Below are positions 8,088-20,333 of a DNA stretch of 47,562 bases, piece by piece. The position numbers and the translations under genes are program-made. The stretch is from an uncultured Bacilli bacterium (lineage in GTDB: Bacteria; Bacillota_I; Bacilli_A; RF39; UBA660), in contig CALVKE010000011.1 in NCBI GenBank assembly GCA_944332535.1, forward strand, positions 1 to 47,562, in the 5' to 3' direction. Position 1 is the first letter of the stretch. Each line of letters opens with the position of its first letter. The notes beneath the pieces were generated by a model that worked only from the letters and a program-made list of their open reading frames with translations, was not told the DNA's origin and searched no databases.

Positions 8088-11000
8088 TTAATCCATAAGT
8101 TCCTCTTCTAGACGATCAAGTACTTCTTCATCTTCGTCCATCAATTCATTCTTTAACTGATACTCTACTGTTTTATAATCTTTAATACCAGTACCAGCTG
8201 GAATTAATTTACCGATGATAACGTTTTCTTTTAATCCTTGAAGATGATCTACCTTACCACGAATTGCAGCATCCGTTAAAATACGTGTTGTTTCTTGGAA
8301 GGATGCAGCAGATAAGAAGGAATCTGTCTCCAAAGAAGCTTTTGTGATACCAAGAAGTACTGGACGACCAGTCGCTGGTTTCTTCGCTTTTAAGATAACT
8401 TCCTTATTTCCTTCCGTAAATTCAAAGAAGTTTACCAAAGAACCTGGAAGGAAATGAGTATCTCCGCTATCAATAATACGAATCTTACTAATCATACGAC
8501 TAGCAATAACTTCGATATGTTTATCAGAAATATCTACACCTTGACTACGATAAGTATGTTGTACTTCTTTCAAAATATATTCTTGTGTCGTTAAAGGATC
8601 TGTTACAGCAAGTAATTCTTTTGGAGAAATAGCTCCTTCTGTTAACTTCTCACCAGCTTTAACACTGTCTCCTTCTTGCACGTGAAGTTTTGCCCCATAA
8701 TTAGAAACGTGTTCAATCGTTTCGACATCGTTTTTAACATAAATCTTGAACTTACCATGATCTTCTGTAATCTTAGTAACTTTTCCATCGATTTCAGAAA
8801 TGGTTGCTTTTCCTTTTGGATTACGAGCTTCGAATAATTCTTGTACACGAGGAAGACCTTGTGTAATATCTTCTCCACCAGCAACTCCACCAGTATGGAA
8901 TGTTCTCATGGTCAACTGAGTACCAGGTTCACCAATGGATTGAGCAGCCATAACACCGATTGCTTCTCCGATTTCTACCAAGTTACCAGTTGCTAAGTTC
9001 TTACCATAACACTTACGACATACTCCATTATGAGTAGCACAAGTTAAAATAGTACGAATTTCAACTTCTTTCACTCCGGCAGCAATAATTTTATCAGCAA
9101 GTTGATCGGTGATATATTCTAAGCGTTCTGCAATCACTTCTTTTGTTTCTGGATGTAATACTTTCTTGTTCGTAAAACGTCCAATAATACGATCTCTCAA
9201 AGACTCGATAACCGTACCGTTTTTATCATTGATAAAGTCAGATACTACAACACCTTGATCGGTACCACAATCTTCTTCTTTAACAATAACATCTTGTGAT
9301 ACATCAACCAAACGACGAGTCAAATATCCAGAGTCAGCAGTTTTCAAAGCGGTATCGGCGCTACCTTTACGAGCACCGTGAGTCGATAAGAAGAATTCTG
9401 ATACAGAAAGTCCCTCTTTAAAGGAAGAAAGTACTGGAATCTCTACTGATTCTCCATTTGGTTTTGCCATTAATCCACGCATTCCGGCAACCTGAGTAAA
9501 GTTCGAAATGTTACCACGAGCACCAGAGTGCATCATCATGAAGATTGGGTTATCCATATCGCTATTAGCGATCGCTTGCAATTCTTTTGTTACCTCATCT
9601 TTGGCATGATTCCATGTCTCAATAACTTTTTCGTAACGTTCTGCTTCGGTAATAAGACCACGTTTGTATTGTTTATTGATCATATCTACCGTTTTTTGAT
9701 GTTCTTCTACAATTTTTTGTTTGTTTTCTGCAGGTACTACATCACTTGCGGAAACGGTAATACCGGCAATGGTAGAATACTTGAATCCTAAATCCTTTAA
9801 TGCATCTAGGAATACAGAAGTTTCGGTTGTTTTGTAACGTTTAAAAATCTGAGCAATAATTTTTTCCAAAATCTTTTTCTTAAATGGCATAACAAGTGGC
9901 ATATTACGAACTACTTCTGGAATATTAGCGCCCTTTTCAATAAAGAATTTATCCGGGGTAATATGTTGAATATTCTCATCACTTGGTTCGTTTACGTAAG
10001 GGAAAGAATCTGGTAAAATTTCATTAAATTTGATCTTTCCAACCGTTGTTACAAAATATTTTCCATGTTGCTCTTCCGTAAATAATTTATGTTTAAATGA
10101 ATCTACTGGAATAACAATTCTAGTATGAAGAGTAATTTCTCTTCTTTCATAAGCCATTAACGCTTCGTTAGAATCTTTGAATAATCTTGCTTCTCCAGGA
10201 AGACCAGCCTTTTCCATCGTAATATAATAGTTACCTAAAACCATATCTTGAGATGGAGTAACGATCGGATCTCCTGATTTCGGATGAAGGATATTATTAG
10301 CTCCTAGCATTAACAAACGTGCTTCGGCTTGTGCTTCTTGAGAAAGTGGTACGTGTACAGCCATCTGATCCCCATCGAAGTCGGCATTAAATGCTGGACA
10401 TACTAATGGGTGAAGACGAATTGCCTTACCACCGATTAGAATTGGTTCAAATGCTTGAATTCCAAGTCTATGTAGAGTTGGTGCACGGTTTAATAATACT
10501 GGATGTTCTTTAATAACTTCTTCTACAACATCCCAAACAATTGGATCGCGATTTTCAATCAAACGTTTTGCAGCTTTAATATTATGAGCAATATCCTTTG
10601 ATACTAACCCATTAATAACATGTGGTTTGAATAATTCCAAAGCCATTTCTTTTGGAAGACCACATTGATACATTTTTAGAGATGGTCCTACTACGATAAC
10701 GCTACGTCCAGAATAGTCTACACGTTTACCAAGTAAGTTTTGACGGAAACGACCTTGTTTTCCTTTTAGCATACTAGATAAAGATTTCAAAGGACGGTTT
10801 CCTGCACCAGTTACACTTCTACCGCGACGTCCGTTATCAAATAAAGCGTCTACTGCTTCTTGAAGCATTCTTTTCTCATTTTGAATAATGATCGAAGGAG
10901 CTCCTAAATCGATTAATTTTTTCAAACGATTGTTACGGTTAATAACACGACGATATAAATCGTTCAAGTCACTTGTTGCAAAGCGTCCACCATCCAATTG

Positions 11001-11726
11001 AATCATTGGACGTAACTCTGGTGGAATAACTGGAATACAATCCATAATCATCCATTCTGGACGATTTCCAGATTGATAGAACGCATTTAATACATCGATT
11101 CGTTTCAATAAACGAGTACGTTTTTGTCCTTGTGCATCTTCCAACTCTTTGCTAATTTGATCGATTTCTTGTTTTAAATCAACTTTCTTTAAAAGTTCTT
11201 TAATAGCTTCTGCTCCCATTCCTACTTTGAAACCATTTCCATATTTTTCATAGTAAGCACGGTATTCTTTTTCAGAAAGTGTTTGTTTATTTTCCAAAGG
11301 AGCATTTCCTTTATCAATAACAACATAACTAACAAAGTATAATACTTCTTCCAAATCTCTTGGGCTCATGTCAAGAACAAGACCCATACGAGAAGGAACA
11401 CCCTTAAAGAACCAAATATGGCTAACTGGGCTAGCAAGTTCAATGTGTCCCATTCTCTCACGTCTTACTTTACTGCGAGTAACCTCTACTCCACAGCGAT
11501 CGCAGACAATATTTTTATAACGAACTCGTTTGTACTTTCCACAAGCACACTCGAAATCTTTGGTAGGTCCAAAAATCTTTTCACAGAATAGTCCGTCTCG
11601 TTCAGGACGAAGAGTACGATAATTAATGGTTTCTGGTTTTTTAACTTCCCCATAACTCCATTCACGAATTTTTTCAGGAGATGCAATTCCAATTTTTAAA
11701 GCATCAAACTTATTTACTGGTATCAT
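8088..11726 (-). CDS. rpoC: DNA-directed RNA polymerase subunit beta'
   Basis: 1212 aa. It has the catalytic [12 protein letters not shown] motif, Zn-finger cysteines near the N-terminus, and a TAATG overlap with rpoB. Confidence 0.98.
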   Translation of the reverse strand: MIPVNKFDALKIGIASPEKIREWSYGEVKKPETINYRTLRPERDGLFCEKIFGPTKDFECACGKYKRVRYKNIVCDRCGVEVTRSKVRRERMGHIELASPVSHIWFFKGVPSRMGLVLDMSPRDLEEVLYFVSYVVIDKGNAPLENKQTLSEKEYRAYYEKYGNGFKVGMGAEAIKELLKKVDLKQEIDQISKELEDAQGQKRTRLLKRIDVLNAFYQSGNRPEWMIMDCIPVIPPELRPMIQLDGGRFATSDLNDLYRRVINRNNRLKKLIDLGAPSIIIQNEKRMLQEAVDALFDNGRRGRSVTGAGNRPLKSLSSMLKGKQGRFRQNLLGKRVDYSGRSVIVVGPSLKMYQCGLPKEMALELFKPHVINGLVSKDIAHNIKAAKRLIENRDPIVWDVVEEVIKEHPVLLNRAPTLHRLGIQAFEPILIGGKAIRLHPLVCPAFNADFDGDQMAVHVPLSQEAQAEARLLMLGANNILHPKSGDPIVTPSQDMVLGNYYITMEKAGLPGEARLFKDSNEALMAYERREITLHTRIVIPVDSFKHKLFTEEQHGKYFVTTVGKIKFNEILPDSFPYVNEPSDENIQHITPDKFFIEKGANIPEVVRNMPLVMPFKKKILEKIIAQIFKRYKTTETSVFLDALKDLGFKYSTIAGITVSASDVVPAENKQKIVEEHQKTVDMINKQYKRGLITEAERYEKVIETWNHAKDEVTKELQAIANSDMDNPIFMMMHSGARGNISNFTQVAGMRGLMAKPNGESVEIPVLSSFKEGLSVSEFFLSTHGARKGSADTALKTADSGYLTRRLVDVSQDVIVKEEDCGTDQGVVVSDFINDKNGTVIESLRDRIIGRFTNKKVLHPETKEVIAERLEYITDQLADKIIAAGVKEVEIRTILTCATHNGVCRKCYGKNLATGNLVEIGEAIGVMAAQSIGEPGTQLTMRTFHTGGVAGGEDITQGLPRVQELFEARNPKGKATISEIDGKVTKITEDHGKFKIYVKNDVETIEHVSNYGAKLHVQEGDSVKAGEKLTEGAISPKELLAVTDPLTTQEYILKEVQHTYRSQGVDISDKHIEVIASRMISKIRIIDSGDTHFLPGSLVNFFEFTEGNKEVILKAKKPATGRPVLLGITKASLETDSFLSAASFQETTRILTDAAIRGKVDHLQGLKENVIIGKLIPAGTGIKDYKTVEYQLKNELMDEDEEVLDRLEEELMD

Positions 11727-14700
11727 TATTCTTCATCTCCTTCCATATCACTATAATCGTCTTCGAAATCCTCGTCGTAATCATCCTCATCTTCCTCATC
11801 CTCTGGATAATCATCTAAAGAATCTTGTTTTGGAAGAGGGAAATCTTCTCTCTCGTCAATTGGACGAATGTCTTCTTTTTGTTCATCGTCTTCGATTTCT
11901 TTCAAATCTAATACGTTTCCTTCATCATCGATCACACTAATATCAAGTCCTAGTGCTTGGAATTCTTTCATCAACACACGGAAGGATTCAGGAATTCCGG
12001 CTTGTTCAATCTCTTGCCCTTTAACAATAGATTCATATACTTTAACACGACCAATGACATCGTCAGATTTATACGTAATAATTTCTTGAAGGGTATGGGC
12101 AGCACCATAAGCGTAAAGAGCCCAAACTTCCATTTCTCCAAATCTTTGTCCACCGAATTGTGCCTTACCACCAAGAGGTTGTTGTGTAACCAAAGAATAT
12201 GGTCCAGTACTTCTGGCATGTAATTTATCATCTACCATGTGGTGAAGTTTAATCATGTACATAACACCAACGGCAATACGGTTTTCAAAAGGTTCTCCCG
12301 TTCTACCATCGTATAGAATAGTTTTTCCGTCAGCATCCATTCCAGCTTCTTTCATCATCGCATCGATATCACTCATCTTTGCTCCGTCAAATACTGGTGT
12401 TGCAACGTGAATATTTAAGTTTTTCGCAGCCATTCCTAAATGCAGTTCAAGAATCTGTCCTAAGTTCATACGAGAAGGAACACCTTGTGGATTTAACATG
12501 ATATCAACTGGTCTTCCATCTGGTAAATATGGCATATCTTCTTCTGGTAAAACAAGAGAGATAACACCTTTATTTCCATGACGTCCAGCCATTTTATCTC
12601 CGATTTGGATTTTTCTCTTTTGTGTAATATATACACGAATTACTTTACTAACTCCAGCAGGTAACTCATCATTATCTTTTCTAGAGTATACTTTTACTTC
12701 GTGAACAATACCATCTCCACCATGTGGAACACGTAAAGAGGTATCACGAACTTCTCTTGTTTTTTCTCCGAAGATAGCATGAAGAAGTTTTTCTTCAGAA
12801 GTAAGTTCTGCCATTCCTTTTGGAGTAACTTTTCCAACTAGGATATCTCCTTCTTTTACTTCGGTTCCAACGACAACGATACCATTTTCATCCAAGTGCT
12901 TACGTGCTTCTTCGCTAACATTTGGAATATCTCTGGTAATCTCTTCTGGTCCAAGTTTGGTATCACGACATTGCATTTGATAATCTTCAATATGAATAGA
13001 AGTGTACACATCATCTCTTACTAATTTCTCATTTAAGATAACGGCATCCTCATAGTTATATCCGTTGAAAGTCATGAATGCTACAACAACGTTCTTTCCT
13101 AAAGCTAACTCTCCTTCGTCCATACTAGGTCCGTCCGCAATAATATGTCCACGTTCTACTTTATCTCCGACTTTTACAATTGGACGTTGATGGAAACAAG
13201 AGTCTCCATTACATTCTTCAAAGTTAGCAAGATAATAAGTATCTTTTCCACCTTTATTTTTAACAACGATACGTTTTGCATCTACGTATTCTACAATACC
13301 ATCTGCTTTTGCAAGTACAGCCGCTCCAGAATCCCGCGCTGCAATATGCTCTACTCCTGTACCAACAAGAGGAGCTTCTGCTTTTAAAAGTGGTACGGAT
13401 TGACGTTGCATGTTGGCACCCATCAATGCACGAGTAGCATCATCGTGTTCCAAGAACGGAATACAACTAGTGGTAACAGCTACTACTTGTTGTGGAGAAA
13501 CATCAATATAATCTACTTTATCAGGAGATGCTAAAATATTTTCTCCGCGGTATCTTGCTGCCACTTGTTTATCAATCATCATATTGTCTTCATCGGTTGT
13601 AACAGTTGCTTCAGCGATGATCAAATCCTCTTCTTCATCGGCTGTCAAATAATCTACCTGATCCGTAATTTTTCGGTTATCTACTTTACGATATGGCGTC
13701 ATAATAAATCCATATTCATCTACTTTTGCATAACTTGCCAAGGAAGTAATAAGTCCGATATTAGGTCCTTCTGGTGACTCAATTGGACAAATTCTTCCAT
13801 AGTGAGATGGGTTAACGTCACGTACTTCCATACCAGCACGGTCTCTTGACAAACCACCTGGTCCTAACGCAGAAAGACGTCTCTTATTCGTAAGTTCTGA
13901 AATCGGATTAACTTGATCCATAAATTGTGATAATTGACTAGAACCAAAGAATTCTTTCATCGCTGCCGTAACAGGACGAATATTGATTAATGTCTTTGGT
14001 GTTACTTCTTCCATCTCTTGGGTCGTCATACGTTCGCGAATTACTCTTTCCATACGAGAAACACCAATACGGAATTGATTTTGTAAGAGTTCTCCTACTT
14101 GGCGAATACGACGATTTCCCAAATGATCGATTTCATCATAATTACCAACACCATCTAATAAATTTAAGTAATAAGATACTGCTGCATAAACATCCGAAAT
14201 AGTAAGTCTTTTTACTTCGATTGTTTGATCGTTTCCGATTAAAACCATCTTCTTTTTCTTATCATTTGGATGATAAATTGCAACTTCTTGTACTTTATTA
14301 TAGGTATCCAACTCTTCGTTGATCATTACTTCTTTAACCCCATAACCATTAGCAAAAATAGGGCGTAAAACATCCATTACATCTTTGGTTACCAAAGTAC
14401 CTTTTTCTACTACTACATTTCCATCTACTTTAATATCTTCTGCTAATGTTTGATTTAAAAGTCGATCCAAAACATTTAATTTACGATTGAATTTATAACG
14501 ACCAACACGAGCCAAATCATAACGGAATTCATCAAAGAAACGTGTAATAATTTGGTTCTTAGAAGAATCTAGCGTAGCTGGTTCTCCAGGTCTTAATTTT
14601 TCGTAAATTTCAATTAATGCTTCGTCCGTATTCTTCGTAGAATCTTTTAAAATAGTATTTTCAATATAGTCATTTTCCCCAAATACATTTTTAATATCTT

Positions 14701-15313
14701 CATCGCTAGACAAACCAAAAGCACGTAAAAGAGTCGTCAAAGTCACTTTACGAGTTCTATCAATTCGAACGTATAAAACATCTCGTGCGTCAGTTTCGAA
14801 TTCTAACCATGTACCACGAGTTGGAATAATCTGAGAAGTGATAAGCTCTCTACCATTCTTATCTAACTCACGATTAAAATACACACTTGGACTACGAACC
14901 AATTGTGATACGATAACACGTTCTGCACCATTGATGACAAATGTCCCACTATCTGTCATAATAGGCATGTCTCCTAAAAATATTTCTTGTTCTTTTACTT
15001 CTCCTGTTTCATGATTAAATAGACGAACGTCCACTTTCAAAGGAGCCGCATAAGTTGTTTCACGATCTTTACACTCTTTAATAGAATAACGAGGCTCTTC
15101 AAAATGATAATCTCCAAATTCTAATGATAGTGTTCCAGAAAAGTTTTCAACGGGGAATAAATCTTCAAAAACTTCCTTGATACCGGTATCTACAAACCAT
15201 TGATACGATTTTGTTTGGATTTCTAGCAAATCCTTAAGTTCATAAGTATTTCTAATTCTAGAAAAACTTCTTCTCTCACGGTGGTCACCACATTTTACAT
15301 TCTTATATGCCAC
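11726..15313 (-). CDS. rpoB: DNA-directed RNA polymerase subunit beta
   Basis: 1195 aa with a GTG start and SD AGGGGTG. Conserved blocks are present (the rifampicin region [15 protein letters not shown], and [13 protein letters not shown]). Confidence 0.98.
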   Translation of the reverse strand: MAYKNVKCGDHRERRSFSRIRNTYELKDLLEIQTKSYQWFVDTGIKEVFEDLFPVENFSGTLSLEFGDYHFEEPRYSIKECKDRETTYAAPLKVDVRLFNHETGEVKEQEIFLGDMPIMTDSGTFVINGAERVIVSQLVRSPSVYFNRELDKNGRELITSQIIPTRGTWLEFETDARDVLYVRIDRTRKVTLTTLLRAFGLSSDEDIKNVFGENDYIENTILKDSTKNTDEALIEIYEKLRPGEPATLDSSKNQIITRFFDEFRYDLARVGRYKFNRKLNVLDRLLNQTLAEDIKVDGNVVVEKGTLVTKDVMDVLRPIFANGYGVKEVMINEELDTYNKVQEVAIYHPNDKKKKMVLIGNDQTIEVKRLTISDVYAAVSYYLNLLDGVGNYDEIDHLGNRRIRQVGELLQNQFRIGVSRMERVIRERMTTQEMEEVTPKTLINIRPVTAAMKEFFGSSQLSQFMDQVNPISELTNKRRLSALGPGGLSRDRAGMEVRDVNPSHYGRICPIESPEGPNIGLITSLASYAKVDEYGFIMTPYRKVDNRKITDQVDYLTADEEEDLIIAEATVTTDEDNMMIDKQVAARYRGENILASPDKVDYIDVSPQQVVAVTTSCIPFLEHDDATRALMGANMQRQSVPLLKAEAPLVGTGVEHIAARDSGAAVLAKADGIVEYVDAKRIVVKNKGGKDTYYLANFEECNGDSCFHQRPIVKVGDKVERGHIIADGPSMDEGELALGKNVVVAFMTFNGYNYEDAVILNEKLVRDDVYTSIHIEDYQMQCRDTKLGPEEITRDIPNVSEEARKHLDENGIVVVGTEVKEGDILVGKVTPKGMAELTSEEKLLHAIFGEKTREVRDTSLRVPHGGDGIVHEVKVYSRKDNDELPAGVSKVIRVYITQKRKIQIGDKMAGRHGNKGVISLVLPEEDMPYLPDGRPVDIMLNPQGVPSRMNLGQILELHLGMAAKNLNIHVATPVFDGAKMSDIDAMMKEAGMDADGKTILYDGRTGEPFENRIAVGVMYMIKLHHMVDDKLHARSTGPYSLVTQQPLGGKAQFGGQRFGEMEVWALYAYGAAHTLQEIITYKSDDVIGRVKVYESIVKGQEIEQAGIPESFRVLMKEFQALGLDISVIDDEGNVLDLKEIEDDEQKEDIRPIDEREDFPLPKQDSLDDYPEDEEDEDDYDEDFEDDYSDMEGDEE

Positions 15314-15406
15314 TTATTTCACCCCTATACAATAATAATCAAAGAACATAATTACCTCTAAAAATAATACGTCAATTTATATTAATAGCATATTATTTTC
15401 AAGAAG

Positions 15407-15994
15407 TCAAGACAAATCACAACAAATTACAAAAAAGCCATTCTTTTTCTCTAATACACTTACAGTATAATATTTTTCAAGGTCGCATATCATCGATTTA
15501 GCACCTTGATCTTTCCGAACAACGAAAAACAAACTTCCGTTTTCTTCCAAATGATCTTTCGCACCCACTAACATTTCATAAACCTTTTTCTTGCCTGCTC
15601 GAATTGGTGGATTGGTTACGATATATTGAAATTTCTTAAGTCCTATGTTTTGATAACAATCGCTTTCTAAAATCGTCACATCTACTTTATTTTCTTTAGC
15701 ATTTCTTTCTGCCAAGTGAAGAGCGCGACGGTTAATGTCACACATCGTGATAGAAGCATTGCAACATTTTTTTAAAACGATTCCAATAGGACCATAACCA
15801 CATCCGAGGTCTAACACCTCTCCATAAAATTTTTCGTACGGTATATTTTCTAAAAGAAAACGCGTACCGAAATCTAATTTTTCTTTAGAAAATACTCCAT
15901 TATCTGTAAAAAAGGAAAAATCCGAGCCAAGAACTTTCGTATGAAATTTGTGGATGTCACTTTTTAAGTCTTCATTCGTAAAATAATGAGCCAA
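15407..15994 (-). CDS. Class I SAM-dependent methyltransferase, RsmC/YbxB-like
   Basis: Motifs are VLDLGCGYGPIG (SAM motif I) and TNPPIRAGK (NPPxxxG motif IV). Its position just upstream of rpoB matches ybxB in B. subtilis. I moved the start to the TTG at 15994 (M-AHYFTNE...), 7 nt after SD GGAGGGA. Confidence 0.75.
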   Translation of the reverse strand: MAHYFTNEDLKSDIHKFHTKVLGSDFSFFTDNGVFSKEKLDFGTRFLLENIPYEKFYGEVLDLGCGYGPIGIVLKKCCNASITMCDINRRALHLAERNAKENKVDVTILESDCYQNIGLKKFQYIVTNPPIRAGKKKVYEMLVGAKDHLEENGSLFFVVRKDQGAKSMICDLEKYYTVSVLEKKNGFFVICCDLS

Positions 15995-16011
15995 ATAACA
16001 TCCCTCCAGGA

Positions 16012-16053
16012 ACAAAAAGAACCAACCTAAACGATATGATTTAAGCTAGTTCT
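16012..16053 (-). terminator. Probable terminator of the ABC cassette (or a leader hairpin of the methyltransferase gene)
   Basis: A 14-bp stem AGAACTAGCTTAAA/TTTAGGTTGGTTCT (3 G:U pairs) has an 8-nt loop and is followed by TTTTTG. A TTGCAA-17-TATTAT promoter-like sequence lies upstream of it, so the role is ambiguous. Confidence 0.45.
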
Positions 16054-16108
16054 CCTTTCGCTAACTATATAATACAATAAGTTTTTTATTTTTGCAAGTT
16101 TTTTTCGT

Positions 16109-16768
16109 TTAAGATTCGCCGTTTTCCACAATAGACAAATAATTTTGACAAAAAATCAAAGGAATGAAAAAGAATAGTAACAAAATACCAACACCAAAGA
16201 AAAAAGAATATTTTTCTAAAAACTCGCTCTTCATCCAAAAACCAGTACTGAAAAGAAGAAGAACACTCATCAAAAAGGCAGGAAAACATTTTGAAAACAA
16301 AAAGTAGAAAAATAACATAGCAAGTGGAATGAACTCTTGAAAAAGGATATCAAAAAACAAAAATTGAAAACAAAATTGCCAAGGAATATCGAAAGAAGAA
16401 AAGAAAAAGGAAAAAAGGAGAAAGAGGCCTACTAAAAAGACCTTTAACAACAACTGAAAAAGAAAACAAGATAGTAGTTTAATTCGAATCCATTTTTTTA
16501 AACTCATACGCAAGAATAAAAAAGAGGGGTGTTCTTTTCTGTCTTTTGTAATTAAAAAAATAGAAAAATAAAGGTGAATCGCCATCCAAAAAAAGAGAAA
16601 AGGACCGTCGCCATAACCTAAAAAACGCAAATATCGTTCTGTAAAGGGCTGAAAATGTTGAAAAGAAAAAGCAAAACTACATCCAACGGTCAATGCAACA
16701 AGAAACAAAAGCAAGAAAGAAAACCGACGAAAGAAATAGAAAAAATCATTATATAATATATATTTCAT
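16109..16768 (-). CDS. Polytopic membrane protein, probable permease partner of the ABC ATPase (extremely Phe-rich)
   Basis: 219 aa with multiple hydrophobic segments. My hand count gives about 52 Phe out of 219 residues. The ATGA overlap with the ATPase stop at 16765-16768 implies translational coupling. Confidence 0.6.
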   Translation of the reverse strand: MKYILYNDFFYFFRRFSFLLLFLVALTVGCSFAFSFQHFQPFTERYLRFLGYGDGPFLFFWMAIHLYFSIFLITKDRKEHPSFLFLRMSLKKWIRIKLLSCFLFQLLLKVFLVGLFLLFSFFFSSFDIPWQFCFQFLFFDILFQEFIPLAMLFFYFLFSKCFPAFLMSVLLLFSTGFWMKSEFLEKYSFFFGVGILLLFFFIPLIFCQNYLSIVENGES

Positions 16769-17412
16769 AGACCCTCACGACTTACTTCTTTTACGACTCC
16801 CGCATCAAACTCATATACGACATCTACAATTGTTTGAATATCTTCTTTGATATGGGTTGCTAAAATAATGGTTTTCCCCATCTCTTTTAATCGCACTAAC
16901 TCTTCTCTTAACGCATCGGTCGTCTCTTTTTCAATTCCGTTAAACGGCTCATCTAAAATAAGAATATCTACATCTTCCATTAACACTTGCGCAATTCCTA
17001 ACTTCTGCTTCATTCCTAAGGAGTACTCACTAAATTTTTGATTTCTCTCATCATAAAGACGTACTCTTTTTAAAGCGTCCAAAATTTTCTCATCTCCTAT
17101 TTTATCTTGAATAGAAGCTAATAATTTTAAATTTCGATATCCAGATAAATGCGGTAAAAAACTGGGTTTTTCAATCAATGCTCTCGTACTAGGGGCAAAG
17201 TCACGTTCCTTTATAACATTCTTTCCATCAAAGAGCACCTCTCCAGAAGTAGGAACGTAAAACCCGCAAATAATTTTCAAAAGAACACTTTTTCCACTTC
17301 CGTTTTTCCCAATAAAACCATATATTTTACCAGGATTCAATTCCATATTAACATTTTCTAACACCGTATGGTTTTTAAATTTTTTAGAAACATTTACAAC
17401 ATCAATTCTCAT
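16765..17412 (-). CDS. ABC transporter ATP-binding protein (ABC-2/DrrA-like single NBD)
   Basis: 215 aa with Walker A GKNGSGKS, signature LGMKQKLGIA and Walker B ILILDEP. Confidence 0.9.
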   Translation of the reverse strand: MRIDVVNVSKKFKNHTVLENVNMELNPGKIYGFIGKNGSGKSVLLKIICGFYVPTSGEVLFDGKNVIKERDFAPSTRALIEKPSFLPHLSGYRNLKLLASIQDKIGDEKILDALKRVRLYDERNQKFSEYSLGMKQKLGIAQVLMEDVDILILDEPFNGIEKETTDALREELVRLKEMGKTIILATHIKEDIQTIVDVVYEFDAGVVKEVSREGL

Positions 17413-17468
17413 CTTTTACTCCTTAAAAATAAATAAGAAAAATCAATCTCCTTTTCCAACGAAAAAGA

Positions 17469-18347
17469 TTAACTTGCCTCTTCATTACAAATAATAAATT
17501 TTTCCTTATCGCGGTAATAATAATGTAAAAATAAAGTTGTTAACAAATATAATACGACCATAATGGAAAGAACCAAACCTAAATTAGTAAATTCATCTAC
17601 TTGCCAAGAGGCAATCAAACTAAAATTAGAAGCAATATTCTCGATTCCTAATATCTTCCGAATAAAGATACCACCAACAAAGAATTCCAAAATAATCTGT
17701 AGAGCCATATAAAACACAAAAGATTTAAAGGTTCCAATCAAAAAGTTAGACGATTTTTTCAAACAAATAAATGCAATATTAACACATAAAAGCATATGAA
17801 AAACAATAATTGAAAAATAAAGAAGCAAAAATTGTCCAAAATGTTGATAATAATATTCTATTAGTTGCAGATTTCTAGTATTTAGATAATCAAAATTTCC
17901 CTGTGTAGCAATAATACAGATAAAAAAGAACAATAGAAAGGCACACGGAACAATAAAAATAGTTTTTTTAATCGCATCAAAATAGATATTCCTCTTTTCC
18001 TTTTGATAACTCGTTCTAGTTAATTCGTTTTTATAAAACCCAGATTTCACTAAACGATAGACGGAGAAAGTTGCAAGAGAAAAAATAATGATTGGTAAAA
18101 ATAAAAATTTTGCTGTTGCAGTTTTCGTATCCGCAATAAATAAAGTGATTGCATCTAGACTTTCTATTTTGGCGTTTTCAATATATTTTTGAATATCCTC
18201 ACAATTGTTTTTTTCTTCACAAGTAGGAAGCATTTCCTCATATATTTTTATTACTTCCTGGGAATAACGAAATTCTCCTATAAGATAGTAACAAAAAAAC
18301 AAGACAAGACCCAGCATGACGAGAATTGACACAAAATACTTCTTCAT
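17469..18347 (-). CDS. Polytopic membrane protein, probable ABC-2-type permease
   Basis: 292 aa with an N-terminal TM, a roughly 50-aa loop containing 3 Cys, and at least five further hydrophobic segments. It is the first gene of the three-gene unit with the ATPase. Confidence 0.55.
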   Translation of the reverse strand: MKKYFVSILVMLGLVLFFCYYLIGEFRYSQEVIKIYEEMLPTCEEKNNCEDIQKYIENAKIESLDAITLFIADTKTATAKFLFLPIIIFSLATFSVYRLVKSGFYKNELTRTSYQKEKRNIYFDAIKKTIFIVPCAFLLFFFICIIATQGNFDYLNTRNLQLIEYYYQHFGQFLLLYFSIIVFHMLLCVNIAFICLKKSSNFLIGTFKSFVFYMALQIILEFFVGGIFIRKILGIENIASNFSLIASWQVDEFTNLGLVLSIMVVLYLLTTLFLHYYYRDKEKFIICNEEAS

Positions 18348-18425
18348 AACTCCTCCACTACTTTTTCCTACACTCTCTTTACTATAAGAATATCATAAAA
18401 AATTATTTTTTGGTATAAAAATTTG

Positions 18426-18458
18426 TTAAAAAAAGAGCATACCTTTTTGATATGCTCT
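18426..18458 (-). terminator. Rho-independent terminator after rplL
   Basis: AGAGCATA-TCAAAAAGG-TATGCTCT is followed by TTTTTTTAA on the minus strand. Confidence 0.8.
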
Positions 18459-18477
18459 TGATGAAGTCGAATATCTA

Positions 18478-18846
18478 CTATTTAATTTCAACAGTAGCTC
18501 CAGCTTCTTCTAATTTAGCTTTAATTTCGTTTGCTTCGTCTTTAGAAATATTTTCTTTTACAGCACCGTTGTTGTCAACGATATCTTTACTTTCTTTTAA
18601 TCCAAGACCAGTAATTTCACGAACTACTTTGATAACGTTAACTTTACCAGCACCTGCATCAGTAAGAACAACACTAACCACAGTATTTTCTTCTTCTTGT
18701 TGACCACCAGCAACTGGAGCTGCAACTGCAACTGCGCTTGGATCTACTCCAAATTCTTCCTTCATAGCGTCTACTAATTCTTTAATTTCTAAAAGACTCA
18801 TTTCTTTTAAACTTTCGATAAAGCTTTCTTTTGTTAACTTAGCCAT
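18478..18846 (-). CDS. rplL: 50S ribosomal protein L7/L12
   Basis: 122 aa. It has an Ala/Val-rich hinge and the C-terminal domain [21 protein letters not shown]...[10 protein letters not shown]. Confidence 0.97.
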   Translation of the reverse strand: MAKLTKESFIESLKEMSLLEIKELVDAMKEEFGVDPSAVAVAAPVAGGQQEEENTVVSVVLTDAGAGKVNVIKVVREITGLGLKESKDIVDNNGAVKENISKDEANEIKAKLEEAGATVEIK

Positions 18847-18869
18847 TTTTATTTCCTCCTTATTTTAAA

Positions 18870-19364
18870 TTAATTTTCTTCTTTTTGTTTTGCATATAAA
18901 TCTAAGCAGATAGATAAATCTTTTGGAATTGCGATCAATGCACCAGCAAGCATTGTAAGTAATCCGTCTCTTGATGGGATCTTTGCAAATTCAGCAAGTT
19001 TAGCACTATCTGAAACTTCTCCATCAACAACACCTACTTTTAATACAAGGGCTGGATGGTTCTTTGCAAACTCTGACAATACTTTGATAGGAGCAACAGT
19101 ATCACTTCCGTAAGCGAGAGCGCTTGGTCCTTCTAAACTAGCATCTAAATTAATATTTAAATCATTAAATGCACGTTTCATTAAAGTATTTTTATATACT
19201 TTAAAATCAGATCCAGTCTCACGAAGAGCACGTCTTAATTCTTTGCTTTCATTATCCGTTAATCCACGGTAATCAAACAAAACAATAGTAGATGCGTCGT
19301 TCGTTGTTGTCTTAATCTCTTCTACCACTTTTTCTTTTCCCGCTAAAATCTTAGCATTTGCCAT
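18870..19364 (-). CDS. rplJ: 50S ribosomal protein L10
   Basis: 164 aa reading ...VLFDYRGLTDNESKELRRALRETGSDFKVYKNTL, directly upstream of rplL. Confidence 0.95.
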   Translation of the reverse strand: MANAKILAGKEKVVEEIKTTTNDASTIVLFDYRGLTDNESKELRRALRETGSDFKVYKNTLMKRAFNDLNINLDASLEGPSALAYGSDTVAPIKVLSEFAKNHPALVLKVGVVDGEVSDSAKLAEFAKIPSRDGLLTMLAGALIAIPKDLSICLDLYAKQKEEN

Positions 19365-19505
19365 AAAACACCTCCTATATATTTATTTAAAGGTGCCCAA
19401 AAAAAGTTCTTAAATCCAAAGACTAAGAACTTTTTTTATTATGAGTAATAAATATTAAGTCCTCGGTAGGATTTACAAAACAACCTACTGTCTTTGGCAC
19501 CAATC
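19365..19505 (-). promoter_or_regulatory. Ribosomal protein L10 leader (L10(L12)4-responsive attenuator)
   Basis: The minus strand reads GGTGCCAAAGACAGTAGG...CCTACCGAGGAC, then the terminator hairpin GTTCTTA-...-TAAGAAC + TTTTTTT, then GGGCACC, which pairs back to the 5' GGTGCC. This layout is typical of Firmicute L10 leaders. Confidence 0.75.
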
Positions 19506-19534
19506 AATTAAACTTTATTATATTATGTTTTTTT

Positions 19535-20233
19535 CTATTTGTCAAAAGAATTAATTTGAACTTTAATTCCTGGACCCATAGTAGTAGCAACGCTAATATT
19601 TTTGATATAATCTCCTTTTACCGTTGCTGGTTTTACTTTTAAGATAGTTCCAACAAATGCATTTAAGTTATCAAGCAATTGTTCTTCTGTAAAACTTGTT
19701 TTTCCGATAATTCCATGTACATTTCCAAAAGAATCTGTACGATAAGTTACACGTCCTGCTTTTACCTCATTAACAGCTTTTTCTACATCTAATGTAACAG
19801 TACCTGTTTTTGGGTTTGGCATTAATCCTTTTGGTCCTAATAATTTACCAAGTTTTCCAAGTAAAGGCATCATGTCAGGAGTTGCGATCATAACATCGAA
19901 ATCGAACCAGTTTTCTTTTTCGATTTTTTCTAACATGTCAACATCTCCAACATAGTCAGCACCAGCATCTTTTGCTTTCTTAGCATTCTCTCCTCTAGCA
20001 ATGACTAAAACTCTTTTTGTTTTTCCAGTACCGTGAGGAAGAACGATAGCTCCTCTTAATTGTTGATCAGCCTTTTTTGTATCCAAATTTAATCTTAAGG
20101 CTACTTCAACAGAAGAGTCGAATTTGCTAACAGATGTTTCTTTTACAAGTTTTACAGCTTCTTCTTTGGAATAAACTTTTCCTTTTTCCAATTTTTCTAA
20201 AGCTTGTATATACTTCTTGCTTCTTTTCTTCAT
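19535..20233 (-). CDS. rplA: 50S ribosomal protein L1
   Basis: I moved the start to the ATG at 20233 ([14 protein letters not shown]...), which is preceded by AAGGAGGT. The 37 extra codons in the track translate the structured spacer. Confidence 0.95.
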   Translation of the reverse strand: MKKRSKKYIQALEKLEKGKVYSKEEAVKLVKETSVSKFDSSVEVALRLNLDTKKADQQLRGAIVLPHGTGKTKRVLVIARGENAKKAKDAGADYVGDVDMLEKIEKENWFDFDVMIATPDMMPLLGKLGKLLGPKGLMPNPKTGTVTLDVEKAVNEVKAGRVTYRTDSFGNVHGIIGKTSFTEEQLLDNLNAFVGTILKVKPATVKGDYIKNISVATTMGPGIKVQINSFDK

Positions 20234-20249
20234 TTCTTTAACCTCCTTA

Positions 20250-20333
20250 TGTGGTATATGATTTCCTAATGGAAACCGAAGCGATGCAAAACGCATCGGG
20301 CTGGCGGATAGTTTATATTCTTTTCCTCCCACA
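20250..20333 (-). promoter_or_regulatory. Candidate L1-binding 23S-stalk mimic abutting the rplA SD
   Basis: The minus strand reads UGUGG-GAGGAAAAG...(inner hairpin CGAUGC-GUUUU-GCAUCG)...UCAUAUA-CCACA-UAAGGAGG. Compare the 23S H76-78 strands GGUGG-GAGGC... and ...GAAAUA-CCACC. The closing helix ends 1 nt before the SD. Confidence 0.5.

Noticed and set aside
11726-11940. The highly acidic C-terminal tail of RpoB (…[29 protein letters not shown]), considered as an unusual fusion.
   Set aside because: Firmicute beta subunits, including that of B. subtilis, commonly end in an acidic tail. The total length of 1195 aa is normal, so this is not evidence of a novel domain.
16109-18347. The ABC cassette considered as a bacteriocin or lantibiotic immunity locus.
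   Set aside because: No precursor peptide, modification enzyme, two-component system or immunity lipoprotein is visible in the window. Only a generic ABC-2 exporter call is supportable.
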